Made by a program: the position numbers and the translations under genes. Under the pieces are notes generated by a model that saw only the letters and a list, made by a program, of their open reading frames with translations, was not told where the DNA came from and did no database searches. This document shows, one piece after another, positions 39,677 through 50,173 of a stretch of 64,000 nt of DNA (its first letter is position 1; each line of letters begins with the position of its first letter). The stretch lies in assembly GCA_963692865.2 (NCBI GenBank), contig OY843592.1, positions 32,001 to 96,000 of the forward strand, read 5' to 3'. This DNA is from a bacterium (GTDB lineage: Bacteria; UBA8248).

Positions 39677-41209
39677 ATGCTTGCCAAAACCCAAGCAGCA
39701 GCCGTACTGGGCGTAGACGCCTATCCGGTCGAAGTAGAGGTCGACCTCGCCTCAGGCCTCCCCTATTACTCCACCGTCGGCCTGCCCGACGCCGCCGTCA
39801 AGGAGAGCAAGGACAGGATTCGCGCCGCCATCGTCAATACGGGTTTCATCTACCCGATGGGACGCATCACCGTCAGCCTCTCGCCAGCGGACGTCCGGAA
39901 GGAGGGCAGCGCCTTCGATTTGCCCATCGCGCTCTCGTTGCTGCGCGCGAACGGCGTGTTTCATTCTCGCTCTCGAATGGAGGATTCTTTGTTGTTCCTG
40001 GGCGAGTTGGCGCTTGATGGCTCCCTGCGGCCCATCCGGGGAGCGCTCAACATCGCCGTTCTCGCCAAGAAGATGGGCAAGCGCGGCCTCGTTCTCCCGG
40101 CGGAGAACGCGCCCGAAGCCGCCGTCGTCGACAAGCTTGAGGTCTACCCCGTCCATACGCTCCCCCAGGTGGTGGGATTCATCCGGGACGAAATCGATAT
40201 TCCTCTGGCGTGTCGCCAGAAAAACGGCATCGAAAAAAAAGAGGTCGATAGAATCGATTTCTCGGACATACGGGGACAACACCAGGCCAAACGAGCCGTG
40301 GAGGTAGCGGCGGCAGGCTCGCACAATCTTTTGATGATAGGCCCGCCCGGCAGCGGAAAAAGCATGTTGGCGAAAAGATTCCCCACCATACTGCCACCGC
40401 TGTCTCTGGATGAGGCCATCGAGACCAGTCAGGTCTGGAGCGTGCTCGGTAAGCTCACGAAACACGACTCACTGATTCAGGAAAGGCCCTTTCGCGCTCC
40501 GCACCACACCATCAGCGACGCAGGCCTCGTGGGCGGAGGCGCGCTCCCGCTGCCCGGTGAAGCCTCGCTCGCGCACAATGGGGTTTTGTTCCTCGATGAA
40601 TTGCCCGAGTTTCGGAAAAACGTACTCGAATCCTTGCGCGGCCCACTAGAAGACGGGAAGATCACCATCAGCAGGGCGCAGGCGAGCCTCTCGTTTCCGG
40701 CACGGTTCATGCTCACCGCCGCGATGAACCCGTGCGTATGCGGCCTGCGGTCGGACGGATCATGCACCTGTACGCCCAAGCAAGTGGCCCGGTACCGCTC
40801 CCGTATCTCGGGGCCGATTCTGGATCGCATCGATATCCACATCAACGTGCCGAGAGTGCCCTGGAAAGAACTCGCCGAAGACCCCGAAGGCGAGAGTTCG
40901 GCGACTATCAGGGGCCGCGTTCTCGCGGCGCAGGAAATCCAGAAAGAGCGCTTCAAGGATCATCCGGGTGTCTACGCCAACGCTCACATGGGGCCGGCCC
41001 TCATCAACGAGCACTGCAAGCTCGACGCCGAGGGCAGGCGCCTGCTCAAGCTGGCGGTGGAAAAACTGGGCCTCTCGGCGCGCGCCTACCACCGCGTGCT
41101 GAAAGTGGCGCGAACCATCGGCGACCTAGCCGGCGAGAGGGACATCGCACCCCAGCACGTGGCGGAGGCGGTTCAGTACCGGCAACTGGACAGGCAAATG
41201 CCCGTTTGA
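39677..41209 (+). CDS. comM: YifB/ComM Mg-chelatase-like AAA+ ATPase
   Basis: VGLPD, FDLPIA, GPPGSGKSM, PFRAPHH, LFLDELPEF and SARAYHRVLKVARTI motifs. Confidence 0.92.
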   Translation: MLAKTQAAAVLGVDAYPVEVEVDLASGLPYYSTVGLPDAAVKESKDRIRAAIVNTGFIYPMGRITVSLSPADVRKEGSAFDLPIALSLLRANGVFHSRSRMEDSLLFLGELALDGSLRPIRGALNIAVLAKKMGKRGLVLPAENAPEAAVVDKLEVYPVHTLPQVVGFIRDEIDIPLACRQKNGIEKKEVDRIDFSDIRGQHQAKRAVEVAAAGSHNLLMIGPPGSGKSMLAKRFPTILPPLSLDEAIETSQVWSVLGKLTKHDSLIQERPFRAPHHTISDAGLVGGGALPLPGEASLAHNGVLFLDELPEFRKNVLESLRGPLEDGKITISRAQASLSFPARFMLTAAMNPCVCGLRSDGSCTCTPKQVARYRSRISGPILDRIDIHINVPRVPWKELAEDPEGESSATIRGRVLAAQEIQKERFKDHPGVYANAHMGPALINEHCKLDAEGRRLLKLAVEKLGLSARAYHRVLKVARTIGDLAGERDIAPQHVAEAVQYRQLDRQMPV

Positions 41210-41232
41210 ACCTCGCGGTTTCGGTCTTGAGA

Positions 41233-41261
41233 TTGACGCGCTTTCTCCTTGTTTGTATTTT
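41233..41261 (+). promoter_or_regulatory. Sigma70-like promoter of LLM copy 1 (conserved at 42845-42873 for copy 2)
   Basis: TTGACG-N17-TATTTT with TG nearby; both hexamers are identical in the two duplicated units. Confidence 0.55.
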
Positions 41262-41340
41262 CAGAATCAGGCGAGGTGAATACACGTGCGATCATCTCGC
41301 GCTATACTGAGCGTATCTCTCATCACAGAGGATTTGGGAT

Positions 41341-42456
41341 ATGGTGACCGAATACGCTTGGTTTCTTCCCTCGGCCAGGGCGGGTGACGGCCACAAAATC
41401 AACACCAAGGTTCCTGAACGAAAACCCACCATCGAGTACCTATCCCGAGTGGCAAGCGCCGCCGAGCGGGCCGGTTTTGTGAACCTTCTGGTTCCCACGG
41501 GCACCCACTGCCTGGACGCCTGGCTCGTGGCCGCGGGCGTAGCGCAGCATACCGAAAGAATCAAATTCTGCGTGGCGTTTCGCCCGGGACTCACAAGCCC
41601 CGTTTTCGCCGCCCAGACGGCGAACACGCTCGATACGCTCACCGGCGGGCGACTGACGCTCAACGTCGTCACCGGCTCGAGCCACTTGGAACAGATGCGC
41701 TACGGCGACCACCTCGTACACGATGAGCGCTACAACAGAACGGAGGAGTTTCTGGAAATCGTCACTCGCATCTGGAGCGCCGACGCTCCCATCACCTACA
41801 AGGGGCAGTATTTCGACATCAGAGAAGCCGCCTTTTTCCCGGTCCACGTCTCAAAACCCTGGCCGCCCATCTATCTCGGCGGAAGCTCGGAGCCCGGCCG
41901 CCGGGTGGGGGCGAAATTCTCGGACGTGCACATGATGTACGCCGTGGATGTGGAAACCATCGCCAAGGACGCGCTCGACATGAAGCGGCGCGCCGCGGAG
42001 GTCGGCCGCGAGGAAAAGATAAAATTCGGCATCCGGATGCACATCCTTTGCCGGGAGACAAAGAAGGAGGCAAAAAAAGCCGCGCAGGCGCTCATCGAGG
42101 GAAGCGATATCTCGAACGTGCAGGTCTGGGCCGACTTGAAGACCAAATCGGAGAGCACAGGCCAGACGCGCGTGAACGAACTGGCGAAAGGCGAATCGCT
42201 CTGGATCACGGACACCTTGTGGATGGGCGTGAACACCGTCCGCGCGGGCCCGGGCGCCTGCCTGGTGGGAACGCCGGACATGATCGCCAAGGCGCTCAAG
42301 GAATACGTGGACGTGGGCGTTCACACGTTCATCCTCTCAGGTTGGCCGCACATCGAGGAAGTCGAGATATTCGGACGCGAGATAATGCCCCTGCTCGAGG
42401 AGACGGACCCCATCACCCTGGAGCCTCCCATGCCCGCCCTCTCCGAATACGATTGA
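41341..42456 (+). CDS. LLM-class flavin-dependent monooxygenase (SsuD-like), copy 1
   Basis: WFLP, AERAGF..LLVPTG..C.DAW, AFRPG, NVVTG, HDERY and LVGTP...GVHTFILSG.P motifs. Confidence 0.9.
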   Translation: MVTEYAWFLPSARAGDGHKINTKVPERKPTIEYLSRVASAAERAGFVNLLVPTGTHCLDAWLVAAGVAQHTERIKFCVAFRPGLTSPVFAAQTANTLDTLTGGRLTLNVVTGSSHLEQMRYGDHLVHDERYNRTEEFLEIVTRIWSADAPITYKGQYFDIREAAFFPVHVSKPWPPIYLGGSSEPGRRVGAKFSDVHMMYAVDVETIAKDALDMKRRAAEVGREEKIKFGIRMHILCRETKKEAKKAAQALIEGSDISNVQVWADLKTKSESTGQTRVNELAKGESLWITDTLWMGVNTVRAGPGACLVGTPDMIAKALKEYVDVGVHTFILSGWPHIEEVEIFGREIMPLLEETDPITLEPPMPALSEYD

Positions 42457-42488
42457 TAATAGAACGCAACGGAAACAGAAAACCTTTG

Positions 42489-42657
42489 ATGAACAGTTCC
42501 GCCGGTGTGCTTTGCGCCGAATCTCAAAAATAGATCGAGGTCGCCGAATCCCCGGGGCAGGAGAAATTCGCGCCGCGCACTAAGATGATCGACGAGGAAT
42601 CACGCTTTCCGGCGGAAAACTATCAGTACCTGACCGACGCCGGTCTTCTCGCCCTCT
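42489..42657 (+). pseudogene. Decayed 5' fragment of the downstream acyl-CoA dehydrogenase gene
   Basis: MNSSAGVLCAESQK* versus intact MNNSAGALGAESQKW (TGG to TAG at 42531), followed by IDEESRFPAENYQ. Confidence 0.85.
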
Positions 42658-42665
42658 CGGCGGTA

Positions 42666-42821
42666 GCGGTGGAACAGCGGGGGCTATCGGCGCGCCCCTA
42701 TCATCGCGTGCTGAAAGCGGCGCGAACCATCAGCGATCTGGCCGGAGAAAAAGACATCTCTCCCCAGCATGTGGCGGAGGCGGTTCAGTGCCGCCGACTG
42801 GACGGACAGATTCATGTCTGA
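42666..42821 (+). pseudogene. Decayed 3' fragment of comM
   Basis: AVEQRGLSARPYHRVLKAARTISDLAGEKDISPQHVAEAVQCR aligns with the ComM C-terminus. Confidence 0.85.
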
Positions 42822-42953
42822 CCCTCGCGGCCTCGATGTTGAGATTGACGCGCATTCGCCTTGTTTGTATTTTCAGAACCGGGTGGGAGGCATATACATC
42901 CCATCATTTTGGATTATACTATGCCCCATCTCTCACTTTAGAGGCTTCTGAAT

Positions 42954-44069
42954 ATGGGGACAGAATACGCCTGGTTTCTCCCGTCGGCCAGGGCGGGTGA
43001 CGGCCACAAGATCAACACCAGGGTGCCGGAGCGAAAACCCACCATCGAGTACCTCTCCCAGGTTGCGAGCGCCGCCGAGCGGGCCGGTTTCGTGAATCTT
43101 CTGGTGCCCACCGGCACCCACTGCATGGACGCCTGGCTCGTGGCCGCAGGCGTGGCCCAGCACACGGAGAAAATCAAGTTCTGCGTGGCGTTCCGCCCCG
43201 GCCTCACCAGTCCCGTTTTCGCCGCCCAGACGGCGAGCACGCTCGACGCGCTCACCGGCGGGCGTCTAACGCTCAACGTCGTCACCGGATCGAGCCACGT
43301 GGAGCAAATGCGCTACGGCGACCATCTTGCGCACGATGAACGTTACGACAGGACGGAGGAGTTCCTGGACATCGTCACTCGCATCTGGAGCGCCGATGCT
43401 CCCATGACCTACAAGGGGAAGCATTTCGATATACGCGAAGCCGCTTTTTTCCCGATCCACATCTCCAAGCCCTGGCCGCCCATTTACCTCGGCGGCAGTT
43501 CGGAGCCCGGCCGCCGGGTGGGTGCGAAATTCTCGGACGTTCACATGATGTACGCCGTGGATGTGGACACCATCGCAAAAGACGTGCTCGATATGAGGCG
43601 GCGCGCAGCGGAGTTCGGACGTGAGGAGCAGATACAGTTCGGCGTACGAATGCACATCCTCTGCCGGGAGACCAAGGCGGAGGCGAGAAGAGCGGCGCAG
43701 GCGCTTATCGAGGGAAGCGACATCTCGAACGTGCAGGCATGGGCCGATATGAAGACCAAAACGGAGAGCACCGGTCAGACGCGGGTCAACGAGTTGGCGA
43801 AGGGCGAGTCGCTCTGGATCACCGACACCTTGTGGATGGGCGTGAACACCGTCCGAGCGGGCGCGGGCGCTTCGCTTGTAGGAACGCCCGACATGATCGC
43901 CAAGGCGCTCAAGGAATACGTGGATGTGGGCGTTCATACTTTCATCCTCTCCGGCTGGCCGCACGTCGAAGAAGTGGAGATATTCGGACGCGATATCATG
44001 CCGCTGCTCGAGGATACCGAGCCTATTACCCTGGGAGAACCGTTGCCCGCGCTCGCCGAATACGACTGA
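42954..44069 (+). CDS. LLM-class flavin-dependent monooxygenase (SsuD-like), copy 2
   Basis: Same length (371 aa) and roughly 90% identical by eye to copy 1. Confidence 0.9.
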   Translation: MGTEYAWFLPSARAGDGHKINTRVPERKPTIEYLSQVASAAERAGFVNLLVPTGTHCMDAWLVAAGVAQHTEKIKFCVAFRPGLTSPVFAAQTASTLDALTGGRLTLNVVTGSSHVEQMRYGDHLAHDERYDRTEEFLDIVTRIWSADAPMTYKGKHFDIREAAFFPIHISKPWPPIYLGGSSEPGRRVGAKFSDVHMMYAVDVDTIAKDVLDMRRRAAEFGREEQIQFGVRMHILCRETKAEARRAAQALIEGSDISNVQAWADMKTKTESTGQTRVNELAKGESLWITDTLWMGVNTVRAGAGASLVGTPDMIAKALKEYVDVGVHTFILSGWPHVEEVEIFGRDIMPLLEDTEPITLGEPLPALAEYD

Positions 44070-44112
44070 TGAGGCAACAGATCGACGAAGCAACGCGAAA
44101 AGGAAACCTTGG

Positions 44113-45291
44113 ATGAACAATTCCGCAGGCGCGCTCGGCGCCGAATCCCAAAAATGGGTCGATCTCGCAGAATCGCTGGCGCTGGAGAAATTCGCGCCGC
44201 GCGCCAAGACGATCGACGAGGAATCACGCTTTCCGGCTGAAAACTATCAGGATTTGGCCGACGCCGGCCTTCTCTCCCTCATGGTGCCCAGGGAATTCGG
44301 CGGCATCGGGGCGGATTCGCTTACCTACGTCACGGTGCTTTCGAAGATCGCGAAAGGCTGCGCCTCCACCGGCCTCACCTTCAACATGCACAGCGCCGTC
44401 GTGGATTTTCTGGGGCAAATCGCTTCAAAAGAACAGATGGAGCGCTATTTCTCGGAAGTAGTGAACAACGGCGCTATCTTCGCCTCCATCACGAGCGAAC
44501 CGGGAAGTTCCTTCCGCGACAAGCTGGCGGTGCGCACCTCCATCCGCGAGGACAACGGCCTCTACCGCCTTCACGGCAAGAAGCACTTCTGCTCCCTCTC
44601 GACCGGGGCGACGTATTACTTCACCTGGAGCTACCTCGACGGCGCGGAAACTCTGCAGGATGGTCTTCTGAACGTGATGATCCCATCGGAGAGAGAAAAC
44701 ATAGAAATCCTCGATGACTGGCATACCATCGGCATGCGGGGAACCGCGTCGAATTCGCTGATGTTTCATGACGTCGCCGTGAAGCCGGATGAGATCATCG
44801 GGGAGCCGGGCAGCATTCTGGGCAAGGACATGAGCATGTGGTCACTGGGCTACACCGCCGTCTACATCGGCATCGCGGAGGCGGCCTATCAGTTCACCGT
44901 GGATTACGTGAAAAAAACGAAATCGGGCATGGGGATACCTTTAGGAGAACTGGACCGGACACAGCGACAGATCGGCGAGATGGCCATGCTGCTCGAAAAC
45001 GCGCGCCGCGCCGCAGAAAAGCTGGGCGCGCTCAGAGGGAATCTCGGCAAGATGGAGTTGACCTTCATCCTGAATCAGGCGAAATACCTCGCGACCGAAG
45101 CCGCCAAGGAACTCGCCGAACAGGGAATTCGCCTGTGCGGCGGACGGGGGCTTCACCGCTCCCTGCCGCTTGAGCGCCACTTGAGAGACGCGGTGGCCGG
45201 CATCGTCATGCCGCCCGCCAACGACCGCTGCCTCGAAACCATCGGGCAAATCGCCTTGGGCCGCGAAGCGAAAACGCTCGATTTTCAGTAG
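44113..45291 (+). CDS. Acyl-CoA-dehydrogenase-fold flavoprotein (possibly DszC/SfnB-like monooxygenase)
   Basis: VPREFGG, NMH, GKKHFCS, WHTIGMRGTASN and LERHLRD motifs. Confidence 0.82.
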   Translation: MNNSAGALGAESQKWVDLAESLALEKFAPRAKTIDEESRFPAENYQDLADAGLLSLMVPREFGGIGADSLTYVTVLSKIAKGCASTGLTFNMHSAVVDFLGQIASKEQMERYFSEVVNNGAIFASITSEPGSSFRDKLAVRTSIREDNGLYRLHGKKHFCSLSTGATYYFTWSYLDGAETLQDGLLNVMIPSERENIEILDDWHTIGMRGTASNSLMFHDVAVKPDEIIGEPGSILGKDMSMWSLGYTAVYIGIAEAAYQFTVDYVKKTKSGMGIPLGELDRTQRQIGEMAMLLENARRAAEKLGALRGNLGKMELTFILNQAKYLATEAAKELAEQGIRLCGGRGLHRSLPLERHLRDAVAGIVMPPANDRCLETIGQIALGREAKTLDFQ

Positions 45292-45379
45292 CAACTCATC
45301 TAACGGCCCTCGTCCGGCCCGCCGCGTTAATCTGACAGACGCCCCTTGCCCGTTCGCATTCACAAAAGAGTATTGCGCC

Positions 45380-46936
45380 TTACTCCCTCGTTCCCGACTT
45401 TCCGTCGCGGCGCGGGTCGCCGAAGGCCGTGAGACGGACCTCGTCGCCCACCTCCACGGCGTGCACGCCACCGAAAAAATGATGAGGATACGGGCGGGGA
45501 GAAACCTCGAAACCGCTCTTGCGCGCAGATTCCAGAACCACTCGATCCACAGCATCTTCGGCGCACAGGGAACCGACATCCAGGTGCATGCGGGGGGCTT
45601 CCACCGCTTCTTGAAGCGTCTTGTTCCGGTAAAAGAAGTTCAGGATCACCTGGGCAACCGCAGTGGGGATGCGATACGAACCGGGGCTGCCAAGGCCCAG
45701 GCGCAATTTCTCCCCCTCGAAGACGAGGGTAGGAGCGTAGCCCGCCATGGGCCGCTTGCCCGCGCCGAGGGAATTACCGCGCCCCGGGCGCGGGTCCATC
45801 CAGTTCGTGTGGTTGTTCAGAATAACGCCCGTGCCCGGAGGCACGACGGCCGACCCCCACCCCAAGCCTAAGGTCTGCGTCTGGCAGACCACGTTGCCTT
45901 CGGCGTCCACAATCGTGAAATGGGTGGTGGAACCCGGCTCCGCATCGTGGACGTGAACACCGGAAGATCGCTCCTCGGCTATCGCGGCGGCGGCGTATTC
46001 CTTGCTCAGGAGTCGCTCCACCGGCATATCGAAATGGTAAGGATCGCCATAGATCGAAAATCTGTCTCGAAACGCCGCGCGCATGGCGCGCGCAAGGGCC
46101 AGACCGCGCACAGTCTCATTCGCAGCATCCCATTCGGGCAGCAGGACTTCGAGGAAATTCAATATCTGAATCAGGATAAGACCGGAAGAAGGAGGCGGCG
46201 CAGTGAGGAAGCGCAGATCCCCGTAACGCGAGGCGAGCGGCGCCATCCAACGCACCCGGTAGTTTTTGAGGTCGGAGGCTCCCAGATAACCCCCGCCGCT
46301 TCTCACCTCTTCCACAACAGCCTTGGCGAGGGCACCCTCATAAAAAGCATTTACGCCTTTTTCTGCTATCCCGCGAAGCGTTCTCGCCAAATCCGGCTGG
46401 CGCAAGAGCGCGCCTTCAGAAAGCGGCGCGCCGCTCTCCGAGTGAATTCCCGCAAACTCCGGGTAATTCTCACAAAGACGCTGAAAGCGTACTCCCTCCT
46501 GTTGACGACACAAGAACCAACCGACGTGAAAACCCTCATCCGCCAGACGAATCGCGCTCTCGAACAGATCGCTCCAAGGCTTGCGTCCGTATTCGCGGTG
46601 AATCGCCTCGAGCCCGCGCAACAACCCCGGAATCAGGACGGAGCGATGGCCCCGGCTGTGCGCTTCGCCTGTGTGTTTTCCGTTTTCATCGCACGTAAAA
46701 ATACCCGGTTCCATCCCGAGAGGGCATTCGTTGCTGAAATCGACGAATCTCGCTCTTTTCTCGTCCTCGCGCCAGATGAGCGCCACGCCGCCTCCGCCCA
46801 GCCCGGAATAGAAAGGCTCCGCCGCCCCCAGAGCCAGGGAAACGGCCACCGCCGCATCGCAGGCGTCTCCTCCATCTTCCATGACGCGCAAACCCGCTTC
46901 CACCGCTTTTTCGTGGGCCGCCGCTACGGCGAACAT
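45380..46936 (-). CDS. Gamma-glutamyltransferase-family Ntn hydrolase (no signal peptide)
   Basis: SGLGGGG, QPDLARTL, STTHFTIVD (Thr nucleophile), TGVILNN, APRMH and DPRRDG motifs. Confidence 0.88.
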   Translation of the reverse strand: MFAVAAAHEKAVEAGLRVMEDGGDACDAAVAVSLALGAAEPFYSGLGGGGVALIWREDEKRARFVDFSNECPLGMEPGIFTCDENGKHTGEAHSRGHRSVLIPGLLRGLEAIHREYGRKPWSDLFESAIRLADEGFHVGWFLCRQQEGVRFQRLCENYPEFAGIHSESGAPLSEGALLRQPDLARTLRGIAEKGVNAFYEGALAKAVVEEVRSGGGYLGASDLKNYRVRWMAPLASRYGDLRFLTAPPPSSGLILIQILNFLEVLLPEWDAANETVRGLALARAMRAAFRDRFSIYGDPYHFDMPVERLLSKEYAAAAIAEERSSGVHVHDAEPGSTTHFTIVDAEGNVVCQTQTLGLGWGSAVVPPGTGVILNNHTNWMDPRPGRGNSLGAGKRPMAGYAPTLVFEGEKLRLGLGSPGSYRIPTAVAQVILNFFYRNKTLQEAVEAPRMHLDVGSLCAEDAVDRVVLESARKSGFEVSPRPYPHHFFGGVHAVEVGDEVRLTAFGDPRRDGKSGTRE

Positions 46937-47138
46937 CCGAAGTCCTCCCTTTTCCCAATCATCCACTCTTGCAGATTATAAACACACCGAGGCTCAAGGT
47001 CGCACGCGAAGACGCTGGGCAAGACTCATCATGCTATTTTCCCCTGGCGCAATGACAAAACTGCATTATTTGCTGTAATTTAAGCAGGTTACGCTTGAAT
47101 ATCGCCGCATTTCATTACTGCGGCGCTCTCGTAGACTC

Positions 47139-48497
47139 ATGGATTCTGTTATGACGGAAAAACCGCCAGATCGGGAAAATCCCTCCCGCACCGGCTCCCC
47201 GGAAAAGGAGAAAAGACCACCGTCCGCAAAAAAACGCCGGCCTCGGAAAAAGCGCTTTACACTCTCATTCGTCAGGAAGTTCCTCCTTTTTCTGGCCCTC
47301 GGCGTGGGTCTTTTCTTCGCCGCCGAGTCGGGATATTTCTGGTGGCAGCACTGGGAGCGATACGTCTCGACGGACAACGCATATGTCCATAGCACGCTGA
47401 CGCCGGTGAGCACCGAAATTTCGGGCGTGGTGAAAAAACTCCTGGTCAAGGACAACCAGGCGGTCCGGAAAGGGGACCTCCTCGTCGTCCTCGACAAGCG
47501 GCGTCACGAGGTGGCTCTCCAAAAGGCCGAGGCCGCCGTGGCCGTCGCCCGCGCGAAGTATGAGGCGAGCAAGGTATCCATCACACATTCGATGGGCCGC
47601 GCGAGCGGCCTTCAGCAGGAAGCCCGCGCCCGTCTGGAAACGCTCAAACGAACTCTCCGGTCGGCCCGTGCGCTTCTCGTTCAAAGAGAAAACGAAGCGC
47701 GCGCCCATGCGGCCACGATGAAACAGGCGCGCGAGGACTTGAAGAGAAAACTGCGCCTGCACGGCCAGAAAATCATCTCGGACGAGCAACTCGCCCTCGC
47801 TCGCGCCACGCACGGCGTCGCCAAGGCGAACTACGACGCATCCCAGGCCGCGCTCAACGTGGAGGAGAACAAGATATCGGCCATCGTCAACCAGATCGAA
47901 GAAGCGCAGGCCGCCGTGGCGCTGGCCGAAAACGAGGATCGCTCCCGGCGCGTGAAAAGCCATGACGCCGATTCTCTGAAGGCGGAGCTCGAAGAAGCCC
48001 TGGCGGCGTATAAGGAGAAGGAGCTTCTACTTTCCTATACCGATATTCGCGCGCCCGTGTCCGGCTACGTGGAGAAATCCGTTGATCCGGGAACCTACGT
48101 GCAGCCCGGGCGTCCTCTACTGCTCATCGTTCAGCTTGAGAAGGCATACATCCGGGCGAGTTTCAAGGAAATCAAACTCGAAGGCATCCACGTGGGCCAA
48201 CCCGCGGAAATCGTTCTCGACGCCTACCCGAACCGAACGTTCAATGGCCGCGTCGCAAGCCTGTATTCGGGCACGGGTGAGACCTTCTCCCTCCTGCCGC
48301 CCGAGAACGCCACAGGCAACTGGGTGAAGGTCACCCGCCGCGTTCCCGTGAAGATATTGCTGGACGAAAGGCCACCCCCGAACTTCCCCCTTCTGATCGG
48401 TATGTCCGCCTACGTGACCGTAGACACCAAGATACGGCGCGGCCCCCGCCTGCTGGCGTACCCCGTGGACGAAAACCCGCAAAACCAGAAACCTTGA
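47139..48497 (+). CDS. EmrA-type efflux membrane-fusion protein
   Basis: STDNAYV, VRKGD, IRAPVSG and FSLLPPENATGNWVKVTRRVPV motifs. Confidence 0.92.
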   Translation: MDSVMTEKPPDRENPSRTGSPEKEKRPPSAKKRRPRKKRFTLSFVRKFLLFLALGVGLFFAAESGYFWWQHWERYVSTDNAYVHSTLTPVSTEISGVVKKLLVKDNQAVRKGDLLVVLDKRRHEVALQKAEAAVAVARAKYEASKVSITHSMGRASGLQQEARARLETLKRTLRSARALLVQRENEARAHAATMKQAREDLKRKLRLHGQKIISDEQLALARATHGVAKANYDASQAALNVEENKISAIVNQIEEAQAAVALAENEDRSRRVKSHDADSLKAELEEALAAYKEKELLLSYTDIRAPVSGYVEKSVDPGTYVQPGRPLLLIVQLEKAYIRASFKEIKLEGIHVGQPAEIVLDAYPNRTFNGRVASLYSGTGETFSLLPPENATGNWVKVTRRVPVKILLDERPPPNFPLLIGMSAYVTVDTKIRRGPRLLAYPVDENPQNQKP

Positions 48498-50077
48498 ACG
48501 AACAAACGACTTCATCCGCTCCCCAAGGCGGGGGAAAAGCCGCCTCGTCTATAAGTTATCCCTCTCCCTTCCATCGCGCGATGATAACGCTTGCGGTCGT
48601 CTCGGCCGCGTTCATCTCCGTAATGGACGCCAGCATCGTCAACGTGGTGATGCCGCACATGCGCGGTTCGTTCAACGTTGACCTGTCAACCATCACGTGG
48701 GTGGCGACCATCTACACCATCGCCCAGATCATCACGATCACCATGTCGGCCTGGTGGAGCACCCTGCTGGGACGAAAGCGCTACTTCCTTGTCTCCTTCA
48801 TCTTGTTCACCCTGGCGTCGATCCTCGTCGGCACCTCGCAAACCTTCATCCAGATGCTCGTCTACCGCATTCTGCAAGGACTCGGCGGCGGCGGGCTCAT
48901 CCCCGTAGCGCAGGCGATATTGCGCGAGACCTATCCGCCAAACAGGCAAGGCTGGGCGATGGCCATGTTCGCAGCCGGCGTGGTGATTGCGCCCGCGATG
49001 GGTCCGGTGGTGGGTGGGTGGATCACGGAAACGCTCAGTTGGCCATGGGTTTTCTACATCAACGTGCCCGTCGCCGCCGTGGGACTCACTCTCGTCTCCG
49101 TCTACGTGTACGACCCGCCCCACATGAAGCGCGGGATCAACAGGGTGGACTGGATGGGCATCATCCTGATCGGTATCGGTCTCACCGCGCTCCAGGTCGT
49201 CCTGGAGCGCGGACAGGACGAGGACTGGTTCGATTCGAACCTCATCATCGTGATGACGATTCTCACTGTCATAACGCTCACGGCTTTGGTTCTGTGGGAG
49301 TTGCGGATGGAAGAACCCATCGTCGATTTCAGGGTTCTCAGAAACTTGAACCTGAGCGCTTCGTGCTTCGTGGTGCTGATCTTCGGGATCGTGATGTTCG
49401 GAACCACCTTCATCCTGCCGCAATTCCTGCAGAACCTGCTCGATCACGGTCCGTATGAAACCGGCCTCGTCATGCTGCCGAGGGGCATCGCGCTGTTTTG
49501 CATGATGCCCATCGTGGGACACCTCTATAACCTTGTGGATTACAGGATATTGATGTGCGGCGGCGTCACGCTGGCCGTTATCTCCATGTTCCTGATGTCG
49601 GGGCTCTCCTTGCAGACGGACTACTGGGGCATGGTGTCGCGGCTCGTCATCCTGGGATTCGGCATGCCCTTCGTCTTCGTCACACTAACGACCGTCGCCT
49701 TCAGCACCACGCCCGTGGCCGACATCAACTCCGCCACGAGTCTATACAATCTGGCGCGCCGGCTGGGCGGCAACCTGGGCTTCGCTATCATGGCGATACT
49801 GCTCGAACGCCGCACGGCGCTTCACCGCGTAAACATGGTGGGAAACATCACCGAGTCGAACGCCACGTTTCTCTCGTATAAAGAAACGCTATCGGAAATG
49901 CTCGTCCGCAAGCAGATCGACCCGCACACCGCGCAAACACAGGCGATGGGCCTCATCGAGCAGACCATCGACAAGCAAGCCACCATGCTCGCCTACAACG
50001 ACATCTACTGGTTCATGGGGTGGGGCTTCATCTTCGTCATCCCCTTCATTCTGGTGCTGAGAGTCAAACAGGCATGA
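48494..50077 (+). CDS. DHA2-family MFS efflux permease (EmrB-like)
   Basis: DASIVNV, RILQGLGGG, GPVVGGW, W.W.FYINVP and LERGQDEDWF motifs. Confidence 0.92.
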   Translation: MNEQTTSSAPQGGGKAASSISYPSPFHRAMITLAVVSAAFISVMDASIVNVVMPHMRGSFNVDLSTITWVATIYTIAQIITITMSAWWSTLLGRKRYFLVSFILFTLASILVGTSQTFIQMLVYRILQGLGGGGLIPVAQAILRETYPPNRQGWAMAMFAAGVVIAPAMGPVVGGWITETLSWPWVFYINVPVAAVGLTLVSVYVYDPPHMKRGINRVDWMGIILIGIGLTALQVVLERGQDEDWFDSNLIIVMTILTVITLTALVLWELRMEEPIVDFRVLRNLNLSASCFVVLIFGIVMFGTTFILPQFLQNLLDHGPYETGLVMLPRGIALFCMMPIVGHLYNLVDYRILMCGGVTLAVISMFLMSGLSLQTDYWGMVSRLVILGFGMPFVFVTLTTVAFSTTPVADINSATSLYNLARRLGGNLGFAIMAILLERRTALHRVNMVGNITESNATFLSYKETLSEMLVRKQIDPHTAQTQAMGLIEQTIDKQATMLAYNDIYWFMGWGFIFVIPFILVLRVKQA

Positions 50078-50173
50078 GTTTCGCTCGGCAGATCAAAGAA
50101 ATCACAGGTGCAGCAGTTCCTCGTTGAGGGGGGAGAGATGAATGGAACGCCCCGGTTGCAGAGCGTGAAAAAT

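Larger units (their letters stand above)
41054..44280 (+). repeat. Diverged tandem duplication with a ~1.6-kb unit (comM 3' end, LLM gene, acyl-CoA dehydrogenase 5' end)
   Basis: Unit 1 spans about 41054-42657 and unit 2 about 42666-44280. The two LLM start codons are 1613 bp apart. Confidence 0.9.

Noticed and set aside
42585-42821. 78-aa ORF as a real novel gene
   Set aside because: It is the in-frame junction of two decayed duplication fragments (acyl-CoA dehydrogenase and comM).
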